Source: an uncultured Mollicutes bacterium
Lineage (GTDB): Bacteria > Bacillota_I > Bacilli_A > RFN20 > CAG-826
DNA: 64,000 nucleotides
Assembly: GCA_900539595.1 (NCBI GenBank)
Contig: UQCQ01000001.1
Coordinates: 172,291 to 236,290, forward strand
Direction of reading: 5' to 3'
The notes under the pieces are model-generated. The model did not search any database. It was given only the letters and a program-made list of their open reading frames with translations, and was not told the origin of the DNA. A program made the translations under genes and the position numbers. Of this stretch, positions 46,027-55,587 are shown piece by piece. Each line of letters begins with the position of its first letter. The stretch's first letter is position 1.

Positions 46027-46743
46027 TTAGAGGTTTTCGACGTTGGTATAGACGGCTTGGACGTCTTCGCATTCGTCGAGCTGAGCCTGCATGTCTTGGA
46101 GCTTGCCAAGGGCATCGCCATCAACGGTGATCCATTCGTTCGGATACATCGTGGTTTCAGCGCGGTCGAAGTCAGTCACACCGAGATCCTTAAGGGCGTC
46201 TTTGGCTTTGTCCATGTCGCTAGGAGCAACGCGGACTTCGATTTCTTCGCTGTCATCAATCGAGACTTCGCGAACATCGATGTCACCTAAAATCAAGGCT
46301 TCTTCAACAGCGTCGCGGGTCGCTTGTTCGGTGGCCTTGAAATTCAAGATGCCGAGCAATTCAAAGTTATAGGCAACGCTGGCCATTTTGCCGCCTTTGC
46401 GGGTGACGATGGTGCGAACGTTAACCAAAGCACGGTTCACGTTATCGGTGAGGGTATCAACGATGATGTTGCTGCCTTCCGGTCCCATGAATTCATAACG
46501 GCCCTGGATATAAGCAACGGCGTCTCCGCCTTTGGCTTTTTCAATGGCGCGTTCAATGACGTCTTTTGGGCATTGTTTGCGATATTTTTCAATCGCGCTG
46601 CGAAGCGCGAGGTTGCTCTCGGGATCCGGATCGCCGGATTTTGCCGCTGCATAGATTTCTTTCGAAGCACGCATGTAGATCGCGGACTTCGCTTTGGCGG
46701 TGGCCGCCATGGCCGCTGCACGAACTTCAAAGTGTCTTCCCAT
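46027..46743 (-). CDS. yebC: YebC/PmpR-family transcriptional regulator
   Basis: MGRHFEVRAAAMAATAKAKSAIYMRASKEIYAAAKSGDPDPESN is the canonical YebC N-terminus. 238 aa. Confidence 0.85.
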   Translation of the reverse strand: MGRHFEVRAAAMAATAKAKSAIYMRASKEIYAAAKSGDPDPESNLALRSAIEKYRKQCPKDVIERAIEKAKGGDAVAYIQGRYEFMGPEGSNIIVDTLTDNVNRALVNVRTIVTRKGGKMASVAYNFELLGILNFKATEQATRDAVEEALILGDIDVREVSIDDSEEIEVRVAPSDMDKAKDALKDLGVTDFDRAETTMYPNEWITVDGDALGKLQDMQAQLDECEDVQAVYTNVENL

Positions 46744-46840
46744 AAAAACTCCTGGTTTTTGCGCGTCTACTATACCACTAGGAAAAACCGAGAAAAAGGT
46801 AAATGTAATAAACTACACACGCATACGCACACGAAATAGG

Positions 46841-47653
46841 CTATTTTTCGCTTTTTTTCGTTAATGAGAGCGTTTCGAGGCGGTGTAAATGATGCTTCTT
46901 AATAAATTCGTGGAAGGGAGCGTCGCTTACTTCGTCGTAAATGGAAGGAAGATGAGCGTCGACTCCAATCACGCAGTCTGACCCTTCTTGGGCAACGATA
47001 TCCCAAAAGAGAGGATAAGGATAATGGGCAATGCGTTCGTCGTTTAAGTCCAGTTCCGGAGAACGGGACTTCGGGCCCATATTCACTTCCAAAGGAATTC
47101 CAAGTTCTTTGGCTTTTCTAGCAATGCGTCTAGAAACCTCACGGGTATGCGAATTCCAGCTTGGATACCAAAGCATGAAGAAATCGGGATGGCAGACATA
47201 AAGAAAAAGCCCCGATTCCATCCCCTCGATCACGGCATCGCAATAATCATCCAACGCTTGATCGGCATCTACTTGGTTGCCATACCAGCAAAACTGGTCG
47301 TCACGCAAAAAGCAATGCTGTCCTAAAATCAGGTATTCCACCTTCCCGCTTTCTAACAAATCGCGGTAATAGGATTCGTAACGTCTCCCATACCATTCGC
47401 ATTCAAACCCAGTATGGATTTCGATTTGGTCTTTGTATTTTTCTTTGAGGCGAGCCACGGAATCAAGGTAATCCGGAAGCAGATAGGGGGCTCCCCGCAT
47501 TCTTGGCTGAGTTTTGTCCGGCAAAATGACGTGATCGGAGAATCCAAAAATCGAAATTCCCGCGCGGATACCCGCCTGGACGTATTCTTCATCCTCCCCA
47601 GTCGCGTGCCCACAACGGACCGTATGGCTATGGTAATTCGCTTTTAATTGCAT
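46841..47653 (-). CDS. PHP-family histidinol-phosphatase-like protein (HisJ/HisK family)
   Basis: ANYHSHTVRCGHATG and GFSDHV metal-ligand motifs. The start is reassigned to MQLKANYH at 47653, just after the truA stop; the ORF's first ATG is at 47677. Confidence 0.7.
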   Translation of the reverse strand: MQLKANYHSHTVRCGHATGEDEEYVQAGIRAGISIFGFSDHVILPDKTQPRMRGAPYLLPDYLDSVARLKEKYKDQIEIHTGFECEWYGRRYESYYRDLLESGKVEYLILGQHCFLRDDQFCWYGNQVDADQALDDYCDAVIEGMESGLFLYVCHPDFFMLWYPSWNSHTREVSRRIARKAKELGIPLEVNMGPKSRSPELDLNDERIAHYPYPLFWDIVAQEGSDCVIGVDAHLPSIYDEVSDAPFHEFIKKHHLHRLETLSLTKKSEK

Positions 47654-48396
47654 GGATAAAGCACCTCCAAAAGGCAAAGCCCTTCCGCGGGAGCTTTGAA
47701 GGACATGATTTTCCTTTGTTCTTTTTCTAAACGTTCTTTAATATCTCGGACCTGGATTTTTCCTAATGCACATTGGAAGGCCGCGCCCATTAAAAATCGA
47801 ACCATGTAGGTCATAAAGCCATTCGATTTAAAAACCACGGATCCCGTTCGTTTTTCCATATCCACCTGGATGTCTTGAATATGAACGTCACGGATAAAGC
47901 CGTCCTTATCCTCGGCTTTGGAGGTGAAATTCTTAAAGCAATGTTTTCCTTCAAAGGCTTCTAATGCCTCTTGGAATTTTTCCAAATCAAAATTCCTTCG
48001 GTCGCCTAAATAAGCCACCACATCGGCTTGAAGGGGCAATTTCGGCCCAAAGGAAAAATCGTATCGATAGATTTTCCCGTAACAGGAATGGCGGGCATCG
48101 AAAGACAAAGGGACTTCTTTTAATTCCAACACTTCCATCGTGCGGGGTAACAAACGATTTAACGCGTACATAAAATGGGTTAAATCACAGATTTCTTTCG
48201 CCTCAAAGGTAAAGGTCTGTCCTAACGCATTCACTCCAGCATCTGTTCTTCCCGCGGCTTTAATCACCGTTTTTCTTCCCGTTAAAGAGGTGAGTTGCTC
48301 TTCCAAAATTCCCTGAATCGTCTTCCCTTCTTTTTGCCGTTCAAAACCAAGGTAGGGGGCTCCTAAATAGGAAAGCTTTCCAAAATATTTTTTCAT
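47644..48396 (-). CDS. truA: tRNA pseudouridine(38-40) synthase TruA
   Basis: AGRTDAGVNALGQ catalytic-Asp motif. The start is reassigned to MKKYFGKLSYLG at 48396, abutting the ecfT stop; the longer ORF overlaps ecfT by 169 bp and is unlikely. Confidence 0.85.
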   Translation of the reverse strand: MKKYFGKLSYLGAPYLGFERQKEGKTIQGILEEQLTSLTGRKTVIKAAGRTDAGVNALGQTFTFEAKEICDLTHFMYALNRLLPRTMEVLELKEVPLSFDARHSCYGKIYRYDFSFGPKLPLQADVVAYLGDRRNFDLEKFQEALEAFEGKHCFKNFTSKAEDKDGFIRDVHIQDIQVDMEKRTGSVVFKSNGFMTYMVRFLMGAAFQCALGKIQVRDIKERLEKEQRKIMSFKAPAEGLCLLEVLYPCN

Positions 48397-49295
48397 GGGA
48401 CCATCACTCCAAACAAAGCGAAGATATCCACATGGAGACAAGATAACGTGATAAATCCGGACATAACAATGGCCGCAAAAAGGAAAGCGAATAAGTCGCT
48501 CCAATGGAATTTTAGAATCCGATATTTGGTTCTTTTGGCAGCAGGATCGTATCCGCGACATTCCATAGCGTTTGCCAGTTCCTCACTGCGCATAAAGGAA
48601 GAAACAAATAAGGGGATGATTAAAGAAGTCACCCCCGCAATGCGACGGAACAAAGAACCATGCTCAAAATCCACGCCACGAGAGGACTGGGCCTTCATGA
48701 CACGAGTCGCGTCCTCTAATAACGTGGGAATAAAACGCAAGGCAATCGAAATCGTCATGGCGACTTCCGCGGCGGGGAAATGCAAAATTTTTAAGGGGGA
48801 CAGGTACCATTCAAACGCATAGGTAAGGTCCAAAGGCTTCGTCGATGCCGTAAGAATCATCGTGAGTTCAATCATGAGGACGAGACGTAATAGAATCCGC
48901 CCTGCTTCTGCAAAGGAATCCCAATAGACGGTCCAGTTATTGAAAGCGGGGACGGTCCAAGCCACGCCAAGAGTCGGATTTTGATAAGGAACCAAGCAAT
49001 AGATGACAAGAAGAAAAATCACCATGAACCACAGGGACCTTAAATTCGAGATGACGCTACGAATGGACATGTGGGTGCTCCATAAAATAATAGAAATCAC
49101 TAGGACCATGACCGCCTGCATCAAATAAGACATCGCCCAGGCATTCACCAAAGACCCATCATCCAAAACATGTTGAAAAGGGAAGAAGACCGCGACCATT
49201 AAAAGGATGGTCGTGGCAATTTTCACGCGGGGATCCAACCGATGAACCCAAGAAGAATAGGGTACGTATTTCCCTAAGGCGAACCCCTTCATCAT
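48393..49295 (-). CDS. ecfT: ECF transporter transmembrane component EcfT
   Basis: Multi-pass hydrophobic protein in the conserved position after the two EcfA genes. 4-bp overlap with ecfA. Confidence 0.8.
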   Translation of the reverse strand: MMKGFALGKYVPYSSWVHRLDPRVKIATTILLMVAVFFPFQHVLDDGSLVNAWAMSYLMQAVMVLVISIILWSTHMSIRSVISNLRSLWFMVIFLLVIYCLVPYQNPTLGVAWTVPAFNNWTVYWDSFAEAGRILLRLVLMIELTMILTASTKPLDLTYAFEWYLSPLKILHFPAAEVAMTISIALRFIPTLLEDATRVMKAQSSRGVDFEHGSLFRRIAGVTSLIIPLFVSSFMRSEELANAMECRGYDPAAKRTKYRILKFHWSDLFAFLFAAIVMSGFITLSCLHVDIFALFGVMVP

Positions 49296-50152
49296 AAGGT
49301 TTTCTCCTTGTTGGATGCGATTTGTTTGGCCAAGGTTTGGCAGTCTACGATTTTCCCTTCATCCAGTTTCATTCCCTTTTGCTTTAGGCGGGTAATGAAG
49401 GAATATAGCAACGGGGTTTCTAGGCTAAACCGTTCCATGTCCTCGCTGAATAGTTCTACCGGGGTGGAAATTCGCGCGATTTTCCCCTGATCCATCACAA
49501 TGACTTTGTCGCAATAACGAAGTACCAAATTCATATCGTGGGTCACTAAAATAATCGTGGTTCCCTCTTGGTGGATTTTCTCAAATAAATCCATCAAAGC
49601 CAAAGCTCCCGCTGGGTCTAATCCCGCGGTCGGCTCGTCGATAATCAAATAGGAAGGACGATAAGCCAAAATGCCGGCAATGGCCACGCGCCGTTTTTCT
49701 CCCCCAGAAAGTTCTAACGGGGAACGCTTGTCAAAGGATTCGTCCAAGCCTACCATTCGTAAAGCTTTATGGGCTTCTTCCAATGCCTCCGGCCCCTTCA
49801 TCCCAAAATTCTTAGGTCCATAGGCAACGTCTTTTTCCACCGTATCTTCAAATAACTGATATTCGGGGAATTGGAAAACCAAACCAACGTGACGACGTAA
49901 TTCTTTTGTTTTCTTGGTCCGTTTCTTTTTGTCGCTGGAATTGCAAAAATCATCGACCTTCACTTCGCCCGAAGTCGGGTTAAGCAAGGCGTTAATATGT
50001 TGAATCAACGTGGATTTTCCGCACCCCGTTCGACCAACAAGGGCAACGAAGGACCCGTTTTTGATATCTAAAGAAACGTCTTTTAACGCCTCGTATTCTA
50101 AAGGCGATTTCCGGTTATAGATAAAGGAAACATCATGGAAGTTTATCGGCAT
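49292..50152 (-). CDS. ecfA: ECF transporter ATPase EcfA (second copy, EcfA2)
   Basis: Walker A GRTGCGKSTL, ABC signature LSGGEKRRV and Walker B LIIDEPTAGLD. Confidence 0.85.
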   Translation of the reverse strand: MPINFHDVSFIYNRKSPLEYEALKDVSLDIKNGSFVALVGRTGCGKSTLIQHINALLNPTSGEVKVDDFCNSSDKKKRTKKTKELRRHVGLVFQFPEYQLFEDTVEKDVAYGPKNFGMKGPEALEEAHKALRMVGLDESFDKRSPLELSGGEKRRVAIAGILAYRPSYLIIDEPTAGLDPAGALALMDLFEKIHQEGTTIILVTHDMNLVLRYCDKVIVMDQGKIARISTPVELFSEDMERFSLETPLLYSFITRLKQKGMKLDEGKIVDCQTLAKQIASNKEKTL

Positions 50153-50967
50153 AGATATTCCTCCAGTTCCTGCGTGGTCTTGATGCTATCAGGGATAGCA
50201 AGCCCTTCTTTTTCTAACGCATCCTTCATTTCAAAGAAAAAAGGCACGCCTAATTTCATGGAACGTAGTTCATCGATATGGGAAAAGACTTCGTTTGGCT
50301 TTCCTTGAAGACGGATTTCTCCTTCGTCTAAAACAATGACCTCATCGCTATGAAAAGCCTCTTCAATATCGTGGGTAATAGAAAGTAAGGTCAAGGAAGG
50401 ATTCTCTTCCCTCATCTTGCTAATCAATTCATGGATTTCCCTTTTGCCTTTAGGATCTAGCATCGCCGTTGCTTCATCAAAAATCACTAAATCGGGGTGC
50501 ATGGCCAAAACCCCAGCAATCGCGACGCGTTGCTTCTGCCCTCCGCTAAGCATCTGGGGTTCATGATCGAGGAAGTCTTGCATCCCCACTTCTTGAGCCA
50601 CCTTTTCAATCAGGGGCTGCATTTGTTCGTGGGGAACCTGTCGGTTTTCTAATCCGAAAGCAATGTCGTCTTCCACCGTCGAACCTACGAACTGGTTATC
50701 TGGGTTTTGGAAAACAATGCCGATTCGAGAGCGGATAGAAGCAAGATTTTTACGGTTTAAGGGGATGCCAAAAGCTTCGATGTCCCCATCAAATCCCCCT
50801 AGTAGTCCCATGATGCATTTGGCTAAGGTCGATTTCCCGGAGCCATTATGCCCGATGATGGAAACATATTGGCCAGGATAAACGGAAAAGGAGACGTCCT
50901 TGAGCACTTTAACGTCTTCATCATAGCCATAACGAAGATGGCAAACATCCAAAAGGGGCTTATTCAT
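50143..50967 (-). CDS. ecfA: ECF transporter ATPase EcfA (first copy, EcfA1)
   Basis: Walker A GHNGSGKSTL, signature LSGGQKQRV and Walker B VIFDEATAMLD. The start is reassigned to MNKPLLDV at 50967; the ORF's first ATG is at 51048. Confidence 0.85.
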   Translation of the reverse strand: MNKPLLDVCHLRYGYDEDVKVLKDVSFSVYPGQYVSIIGHNGSGKSTLAKCIMGLLGGFDGDIEAFGIPLNRKNLASIRSRIGIVFQNPDNQFVGSTVEDDIAFGLENRQVPHEQMQPLIEKVAQEVGMQDFLDHEPQMLSGGQKQRVAIAGVLAMHPDLVIFDEATAMLDPKGKREIHELISKMREENPSLTLLSITHDIEEAFHSDEVIVLDEGEIRLQGKPNEVFSHIDELRSMKLGVPFFFEMKDALEKEGLAIPDSIKTTQELEEYLCR

Positions 50968-51184
50968 GTTCTTCCTCCTTTTGGCTTTCTTTCCGTTTTT
51001 TATGCCAAACGATTTCAACGATGATGACCGTTGCAATAAACCCAGCAATCAAGACGCCTAATAACGTCCAAAGAACCCAGTCCGTGCGGTTCTTATCATT
51101 AAGAAGCGGCACAAAAATCGCGATGCCGGCCAATCCGTAGCATAACGCGATGATGAAGATGCGGTAAAAAACGGAATGATTCAC
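50960..51184 (-). CDS. Small membrane protein (74 aa, two predicted TM helices)
   Basis: IFIIALCYGLAGIAIFV and LWTLLGVLIAGFIATVIIV hydrophobic helices. Coupled between comEB and ecfA. Confidence 0.4.
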   Translation of the reverse strand: MNHSVFYRIFIIALCYGLAGIAIFVPLLNDKNRTDWVLWTLLGVLIAGFIATVIIVEIVWHKKRKESQKEEEHE

Positions 51185-51672
51185 TTCGCACTGATCTCCA
51201 CATTCCGCCCTTCGTAGCGGCGGTATTTGACTCCAGCCATATCCAGGATTCTTCTCGAAGCCTGTTCTTCCAAATGGTCATGGTATTTATCATCGGCAAA
51301 GATGATTTCCTTGATGCCGACTTGAACGATGGCTTTCGCGCATTCGTTGCACGGGAAGAGGGTGACATAAATCGTGCATCCATTTAAAGCAGAGCCGTCA
51401 CGGGTATTCAAAATCGCATTGAATTCGGCGTGGCAAACATAAAGGTATTTGGAATCGAGCCCTTCTCCATGCCCCCAGGGGATTTCATCGTCACAAACGC
51501 CGCGAGGCATGCCGTTATAGCCAATGGAGACAACTTTATGGTTATCGTCGACAATGCAGGCGCCCACCTGAGTGGACGGGTCTTTGGAACGCATCGCAGA
51601 GAGCTTAGCAAGCCCCATGAAATATTCGTCCCATTTGAGGTTATTCGTTAAGGGTTTCGTATTTTCAGCCAT
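51181..51672 (-). CDS. comEB: dCMP deaminase (ComEB/CMP-dCMP deaminase zinc-binding family)
   Basis: VCHAEFNAI and PCNECAKAI zinc-ligand motifs. 163 aa. Confidence 0.8.
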   Translation of the reverse strand: MAENTKPLTNNLKWDEYFMGLAKLSAMRSKDPSTQVGACIVDDNHKVVSIGYNGMPRGVCDDEIPWGHGEGLDSKYLYVCHAEFNAILNTRDGSALNGCTIYVTLFPCNECAKAIVQVGIKEIIFADDKYHDHLEEQASRRILDMAGVKYRRYEGRNVEISAK

Positions 51673-51796
51673 AATGATGCGTCTCCTTTGTTAACCAAAA
51701 TATCATACACGAATGCGCGTGCGTGCCTAGAGGGGCAAAGGGAAACAGTTTTCGGAACGCCTATTTTCCTCGGCACGATTAATTCTATCGGAAAGT

Positions 51797-51862
51797 TTTT
51801 CGGTTTGAACCTGAAAAACTTCTCTCTCAGACATACTTTTTTGGTTTCAACCTTAAAAACTT
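51797..51862. promoter_or_regulatory. Two ~20-bp near-palindromic direct repeats upstream of the comEB-ecf operon
   Basis: cGGTTTGAACCTGAAAAACTT and tGGTTTCAACCTTAAAAACTT (18/20 identical), 26 bp apart. Each contains GGTTTSAACC, which is self-complementary. Confidence 0.3.
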
Positions 51863-51939
51863 TTCATAATAGGCAACAAAACAAGATATGTTGTCTATTT
51901 TTATGGAAATACAGGTTTCCAATTAGAGAGAAAGAAATA

Positions 51940-52125
51940 TCAACTTCCGACGGGTCCACCGAGGGCATAAATCACGATAATGCAGGCGGCAATAAGCACG
52001 GCCATCACCGAAAAGAAGATCACGTACCCCGCTATTTTGGGTTTACGGTGCAGTTCTTCTTTTTGTTCTGGGGTCAAAAGCGATTCGTCGATTTCTGGAA
52101 TCGGATCTTGGTCTTTCTTTTTCAT
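51940..52125 (-). CDS. Small membrane protein (about 61 aa)
   Basis: MKKKDQDP...KIAGYVIFFSVMAVLIAACIIVIYALGG has a single TM helix. It begins 3 bp after the folC stop if started at MKKKDQ. Confidence 0.35.
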   Translation of the reverse strand: MKKKDQDPIPEIDESLLTPEQKEELHRKPKIAGYVIFFSVMAVLIAACIIVIYALGGPVGS

Positions 52126-53342
52126 AAACGTTGTTTTAAGTAGGCAACGAATTCCGGGCACCCCGTAGCCACGATTGTTTCGTCTGGATGCTCCGCTTCT
52201 AATTGCATTAAGGCCATCAAGGGATTTCCAATATAGGCGTGGTCTTCCACATATAGGGCATAACCCATCTCGTCTCTGGCGTCTGCATGATCAAAGGTCG
52301 TTAAAGTCACCGAGCCTGCGGCATCATCTAGCAATGGAAGCATCGCAGAAAGATTTTGACGGCGGAGGCAGGCAAATAGAACATGGACGTCTTTCTTTTG
52401 TCCTAAGGTTGCAAAGCAACGACGGAGGACATCCACCGCTTGGGAATTATTCGCCCCATCAAAATAAACGACTCCATGATGGTCGAGGTGGCCTTCTAAT
52501 ATCCCGCCTTCTTGGAAAGAGGCGTTGATTTGTTCTTCGTTTAGCCCTTGTAGGTTTGGAATCGTTTTGGCCGCTTCTAGAGCCAAACAGGCATTGGTCA
52601 CGTGATAAGAGGCTAGCCCCGGAACGATAATGTCCTTATAAGGGGGATAATCAAAATGGAAGGCCTCGCGATGAACAAGATGGGGAAGGTATACCCGTTC
52701 GACTCCGCGAATCCACGTTTTCTTTTTGGCGGCGACGAGGCGAAGCGTTTCTTCCGCGCTTTCGTCCATGCCCCCCACAATCACAGGAACGCCTTTAGCA
52801 ATAATTCCCGAAATCGAAAGAGCGATTTCGCTTAGGGTCGTCCCTAAATATTCAGTATGTTCCAAGGCGACGTTGGTGATGACCACGCCGACTTGATTCA
52901 ATTCTTCGATGTGAGTCGGATCTTCTTCTCCGCCCATCCCACATTCCAAAATGGCAAGGGACATATGGGCTTCTTGGAAAGCCAGCAACGCCACGGCAAG
53001 GCATAATTCAAAACGGGTGATGCCATATTGATTCGCTAATGGCAAAAGGCGTTCTAGGTACTGACAGGCCTTCTCTTCGGAAAGAGGTTTGCCATCTAGC
53101 CAAATAGATTCGGTGAAATTTTGATAATAAAAATTATAAAAAGAGCCGACCCCTGTATGCTTCTTTGCCAAAGCGAGGCGAGTTAAATAGAAAACAGTCT
53201 CACCTTTCCCATTGCTTCCCGCCACATGGATGACGTCGCCATCAAAATGGATTTTGGCTTTGCGTAGGAATTTGGGAAAAGAAAGGCTCGATATTTCTTG
53301 ATTCCGATTTAAAAGGAGGGCATTCGCTTCGGATAAAGTCAT
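52122..53342 (-). CDS. folC: Folylpolyglutamate synthase / dihydrofolate synthase (Mur ligase family)
   Basis: VIHVAGSNGKGET P-loop of FolC/Mur ligases. 406 aa. Confidence 0.8.
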   Translation of the reverse strand: MTLSEANALLLNRNQEISSLSFPKFLRKAKIHFDGDVIHVAGSNGKGETVFYLTRLALAKKHTGVGSFYNFYYQNFTESIWLDGKPLSEEKACQYLERLLPLANQYGITRFELCLAVALLAFQEAHMSLAILECGMGGEEDPTHIEELNQVGVVITNVALEHTEYLGTTLSEIALSISGIIAKGVPVIVGGMDESAEETLRLVAAKKKTWIRGVERVYLPHLVHREAFHFDYPPYKDIIVPGLASYHVTNACLALEAAKTIPNLQGLNEEQINASFQEGGILEGHLDHHGVVYFDGANNSQAVDVLRRCFATLGQKKDVHVLFACLRRQNLSAMLPLLDDAAGSVTLTTFDHADARDEMGYALYVEDHAYIGNPLMALMQLEAEHPDETIVATGCPEFVAYLKQRL

Positions 53343-53344
53343 TG

Positions 53345-53821
53345 TTAATCCTCCGCTCCTCGCCCGTCTTTTAACGCGCGATCGATTCGCTTCTTCGCAT
53401 CTCTTTCCTTGATGGCGTCGCGTTTATCGTGGGCAGCCTTGCCCTTGGCCAAAGCAATTTCGACTTTGGCGTACCCGCGAGAGAGGAAAACCTTCGTAGG
53501 GACGCAGGTCATGCCCGTTCCTTTAAGGTTATTGCTTAACCGGCGTATTTCTTGCTTGGTAAGAAGGAGCTTGCGATCCCGAAGGTGATCCACGTTATAA
53601 ATCGTTCCTTCTTTATAAGGGGCAATATGCATGTTCGCGATGAACACCTCGTTATTTTTGACGTAGATATAGCTATCCGCCAAAGAAGCGTTTCTTCCCC
53701 TTAGCGATTTGATTTCCGTGCCGGTTAAAACAATTCCCGCAGTCATGAAATCGCTCAAGAAATAAAGGAACCGGGCTTTGCGGTTTTCTAGTAGTACGCT
53801 GGAATCACTCTTCTTCGACAT
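53345..53821 (-). CDS. smpB: SsrA-binding protein SmpB
   Basis: NRKARFLYFL...GTEIKSLR...LLLTKQEIRRL are typical SmpB motifs. 158 aa. Confidence 0.9.
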   Translation of the reverse strand: MSKKSDSSVLLENRKARFLYFLSDFMTAGIVLTGTEIKSLRGRNASLADSYIYVKNNEVFIANMHIAPYKEGTIYNVDHLRDRKLLLTKQEIRRLSNNLKGTGMTCVPTKVFLSRGYAKVEIALAKGKAAHDKRDAIKERDAKKRIDRALKDGRGAED

Positions 53822-53876
53822 GGTTGAACCTTAATGGGGCAAATTATAAATTCTACAAAACGAATCCGCCACTTCT

Positions 53877-55469
53877 TTAGGCAAGGCTGATGGTGACGGT
53901 CGCATGATCGGCAGCCACTTCATCAAAGGTGATGCGATAGGGGAAATCCGACCCTTTATTGAAACAAGCATCCCCGTTTGAATTACGGAATGGGAAAGAA
54001 GAACGATACGTCTTCATGGAGAAACTATCCCCCGTGTGGAACAAATCGTTGTTGGTCCCATATTTCCCCGCGGCAAACGCCCCGTCGTTATCCGCTTCCA
54101 TCATGTGGATTAAGGAACAACGACTATCCACGCCGTCGTTTTTATTGCAGTTACTCGCACCTACCATATAGCCATAAACATAACGTCCATCGTAGGCTTT
54201 CATGCCGTCTTTGGGGTTTTCCATATAGGAATAGGTGGTATCGTGCGTCGACGTATTTTGTTTCAATTCCAATAAACGGGAATCGATGTGATAGAGCTTC
54301 GCCCCATAGGTGCTATAGCCAAGTAAACGTCCTGGATAACGTTCATGGGAATCCAAATAGTTGAGGTCGGTCGGAGTATAAAGCTCCAAAAGCATATATT
54401 CATCGTAGGCCGTACCGTTCCAAGAACTAGAAGGGATCAGCAAGCAGTCCCCGCTTGTCGCGGAAGGATTGATGGAATAAGTTCCCGGCCCTTGGACCAC
54501 ATGGGGAGAAGTCCAACCTAACACCATTTTGCTATAGGCGTCATGGTCCAAGATGTTTTCATCCATCATATCCCAGCCACCGGCAAGGTTGGCCTTGCTA
54601 TCGGTCTGATTGGGATAATAGTCATCGAGGCCATACATATGTCCCGTCTCATGAATCAAGGTATGCGCATCCACTTTCGGGGAGCTGACGGCTTGATACA
54701 AAAAGTCATAGGAAAGCCAAAAATAAAGGTTCGGGGTGGGATTCTTGGGGTTAGGATCACACCATCCTCCGGCTGCACTCGTCATCGACATCCAATAGGT
54801 ATAGGCCCAGTAATAATTGGTTTCGGAATCATATAAATTCGTGGGCGCATTCGTGCAGTTGGGCCCTGAATAAACAGCGACAATGCCATCGATATAGCCG
54901 TTTCCGTCCGAATCGAAAGCTTTGGTCGCCCCCTTCCCTTTAGCACTTACGTAATTATCGTAAGCATAATGAATCAAATTTCCGCCATTATCGGATTCCC
55001 CCGTCCGAGAGGAGACGTAACGAGAATAAGCGTTTCTCTGGGTTAATCCCGTTTTGTAGACGGGAGCCACCTCAAAGGAAAGATTGCTCTTGCCGTAACT
55101 GCTTTTGGAATAGAAAGAAGAAACGGATTCCCAATATCCCGTATCCTCTGCCTTGCCATTCAAGGCCACGTCCAAATCTTTTAAGGATCGGCTTGAGAAA
55201 GGCGAATCCGTGAATTCGATGGGCAAGACCAGCAATTTGACGTCGCCAGTAGGAGGAAGGGTGTCCGCCCCATAGGTTTCGTGGGCAGATTTCAAACTAA
55301 AAGGAAGGACGTCTGTGGTCCAATCTCCCTCGTGGTTCACCCCATTGCTGGCATTGGGGTTTCCACCGGGAAAACCACCAAATAGAATGTCATAAATGGA
55401 GCAGCTCGTTAGAGCCAGCGGCAAGGCTCCAACGAAAGTGAATAAAAATAATTTCTTAAGGTTTTTCAT
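53877..55469 (-). CDS. Secreted lipoprotein zinc metallopeptidase (HExxH)
   Basis: Signal peptide with lipobox MKNLKKLFLFTFVGALPLALTSC. Zinc motif HTLIHETGHMYGLDDYY. The start is reassigned to 55469; the ORF's first ATG is at 55550. Confidence 0.6.
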   Translation of the reverse strand: MKNLKKLFLFTFVGALPLALTSCSIYDILFGGFPGGNPNASNGVNHEGDWTTDVLPFSLKSAHETYGADTLPPTGDVKLLVLPIEFTDSPFSSRSLKDLDVALNGKAEDTGYWESVSSFYSKSSYGKSNLSFEVAPVYKTGLTQRNAYSRYVSSRTGESDNGGNLIHYAYDNYVSAKGKGATKAFDSDGNGYIDGIVAVYSGPNCTNAPTNLYDSETNYYWAYTYWMSMTSAAGGWCDPNPKNPTPNLYFWLSYDFLYQAVSSPKVDAHTLIHETGHMYGLDDYYPNQTDSKANLAGGWDMMDENILDHDAYSKMVLGWTSPHVVQGPGTYSINPSATSGDCLLIPSSSWNGTAYDEYMLLELYTPTDLNYLDSHERYPGRLLGYSTYGAKLYHIDSRLLELKQNTSTHDTTYSYMENPKDGMKAYDGRYVYGYMVGASNCNKNDGVDSRCSLIHMMEADNDGAFAAGKYGTNNDLFHTGDSFSMKTYRSSFPFRNSNGDACFNKGSDFPYRITFDEVAADHATVTISLA

Positions 55470-55587
55470 CGTTCTTACTATAGAGGAAATTAAAGGGAGG
55501 TCAATGCTTCTGCAAACGCTTGTCCTTTTCGGTTCTTTGGATTTTAACATTGACTAACCATTGTCAAACAAGGGATAACATTGGGAC

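Noticed and set aside
53345-53876. tmRNA (ssrA) expected near smpB
   Set aside because: smpB is flanked within 3 bp by folC on one side, and only by a 55-bp spacer before the lipoprotein gene on the other. There is no room for a ~350-nt ssrA and no tRNA-like 3' end was seen.
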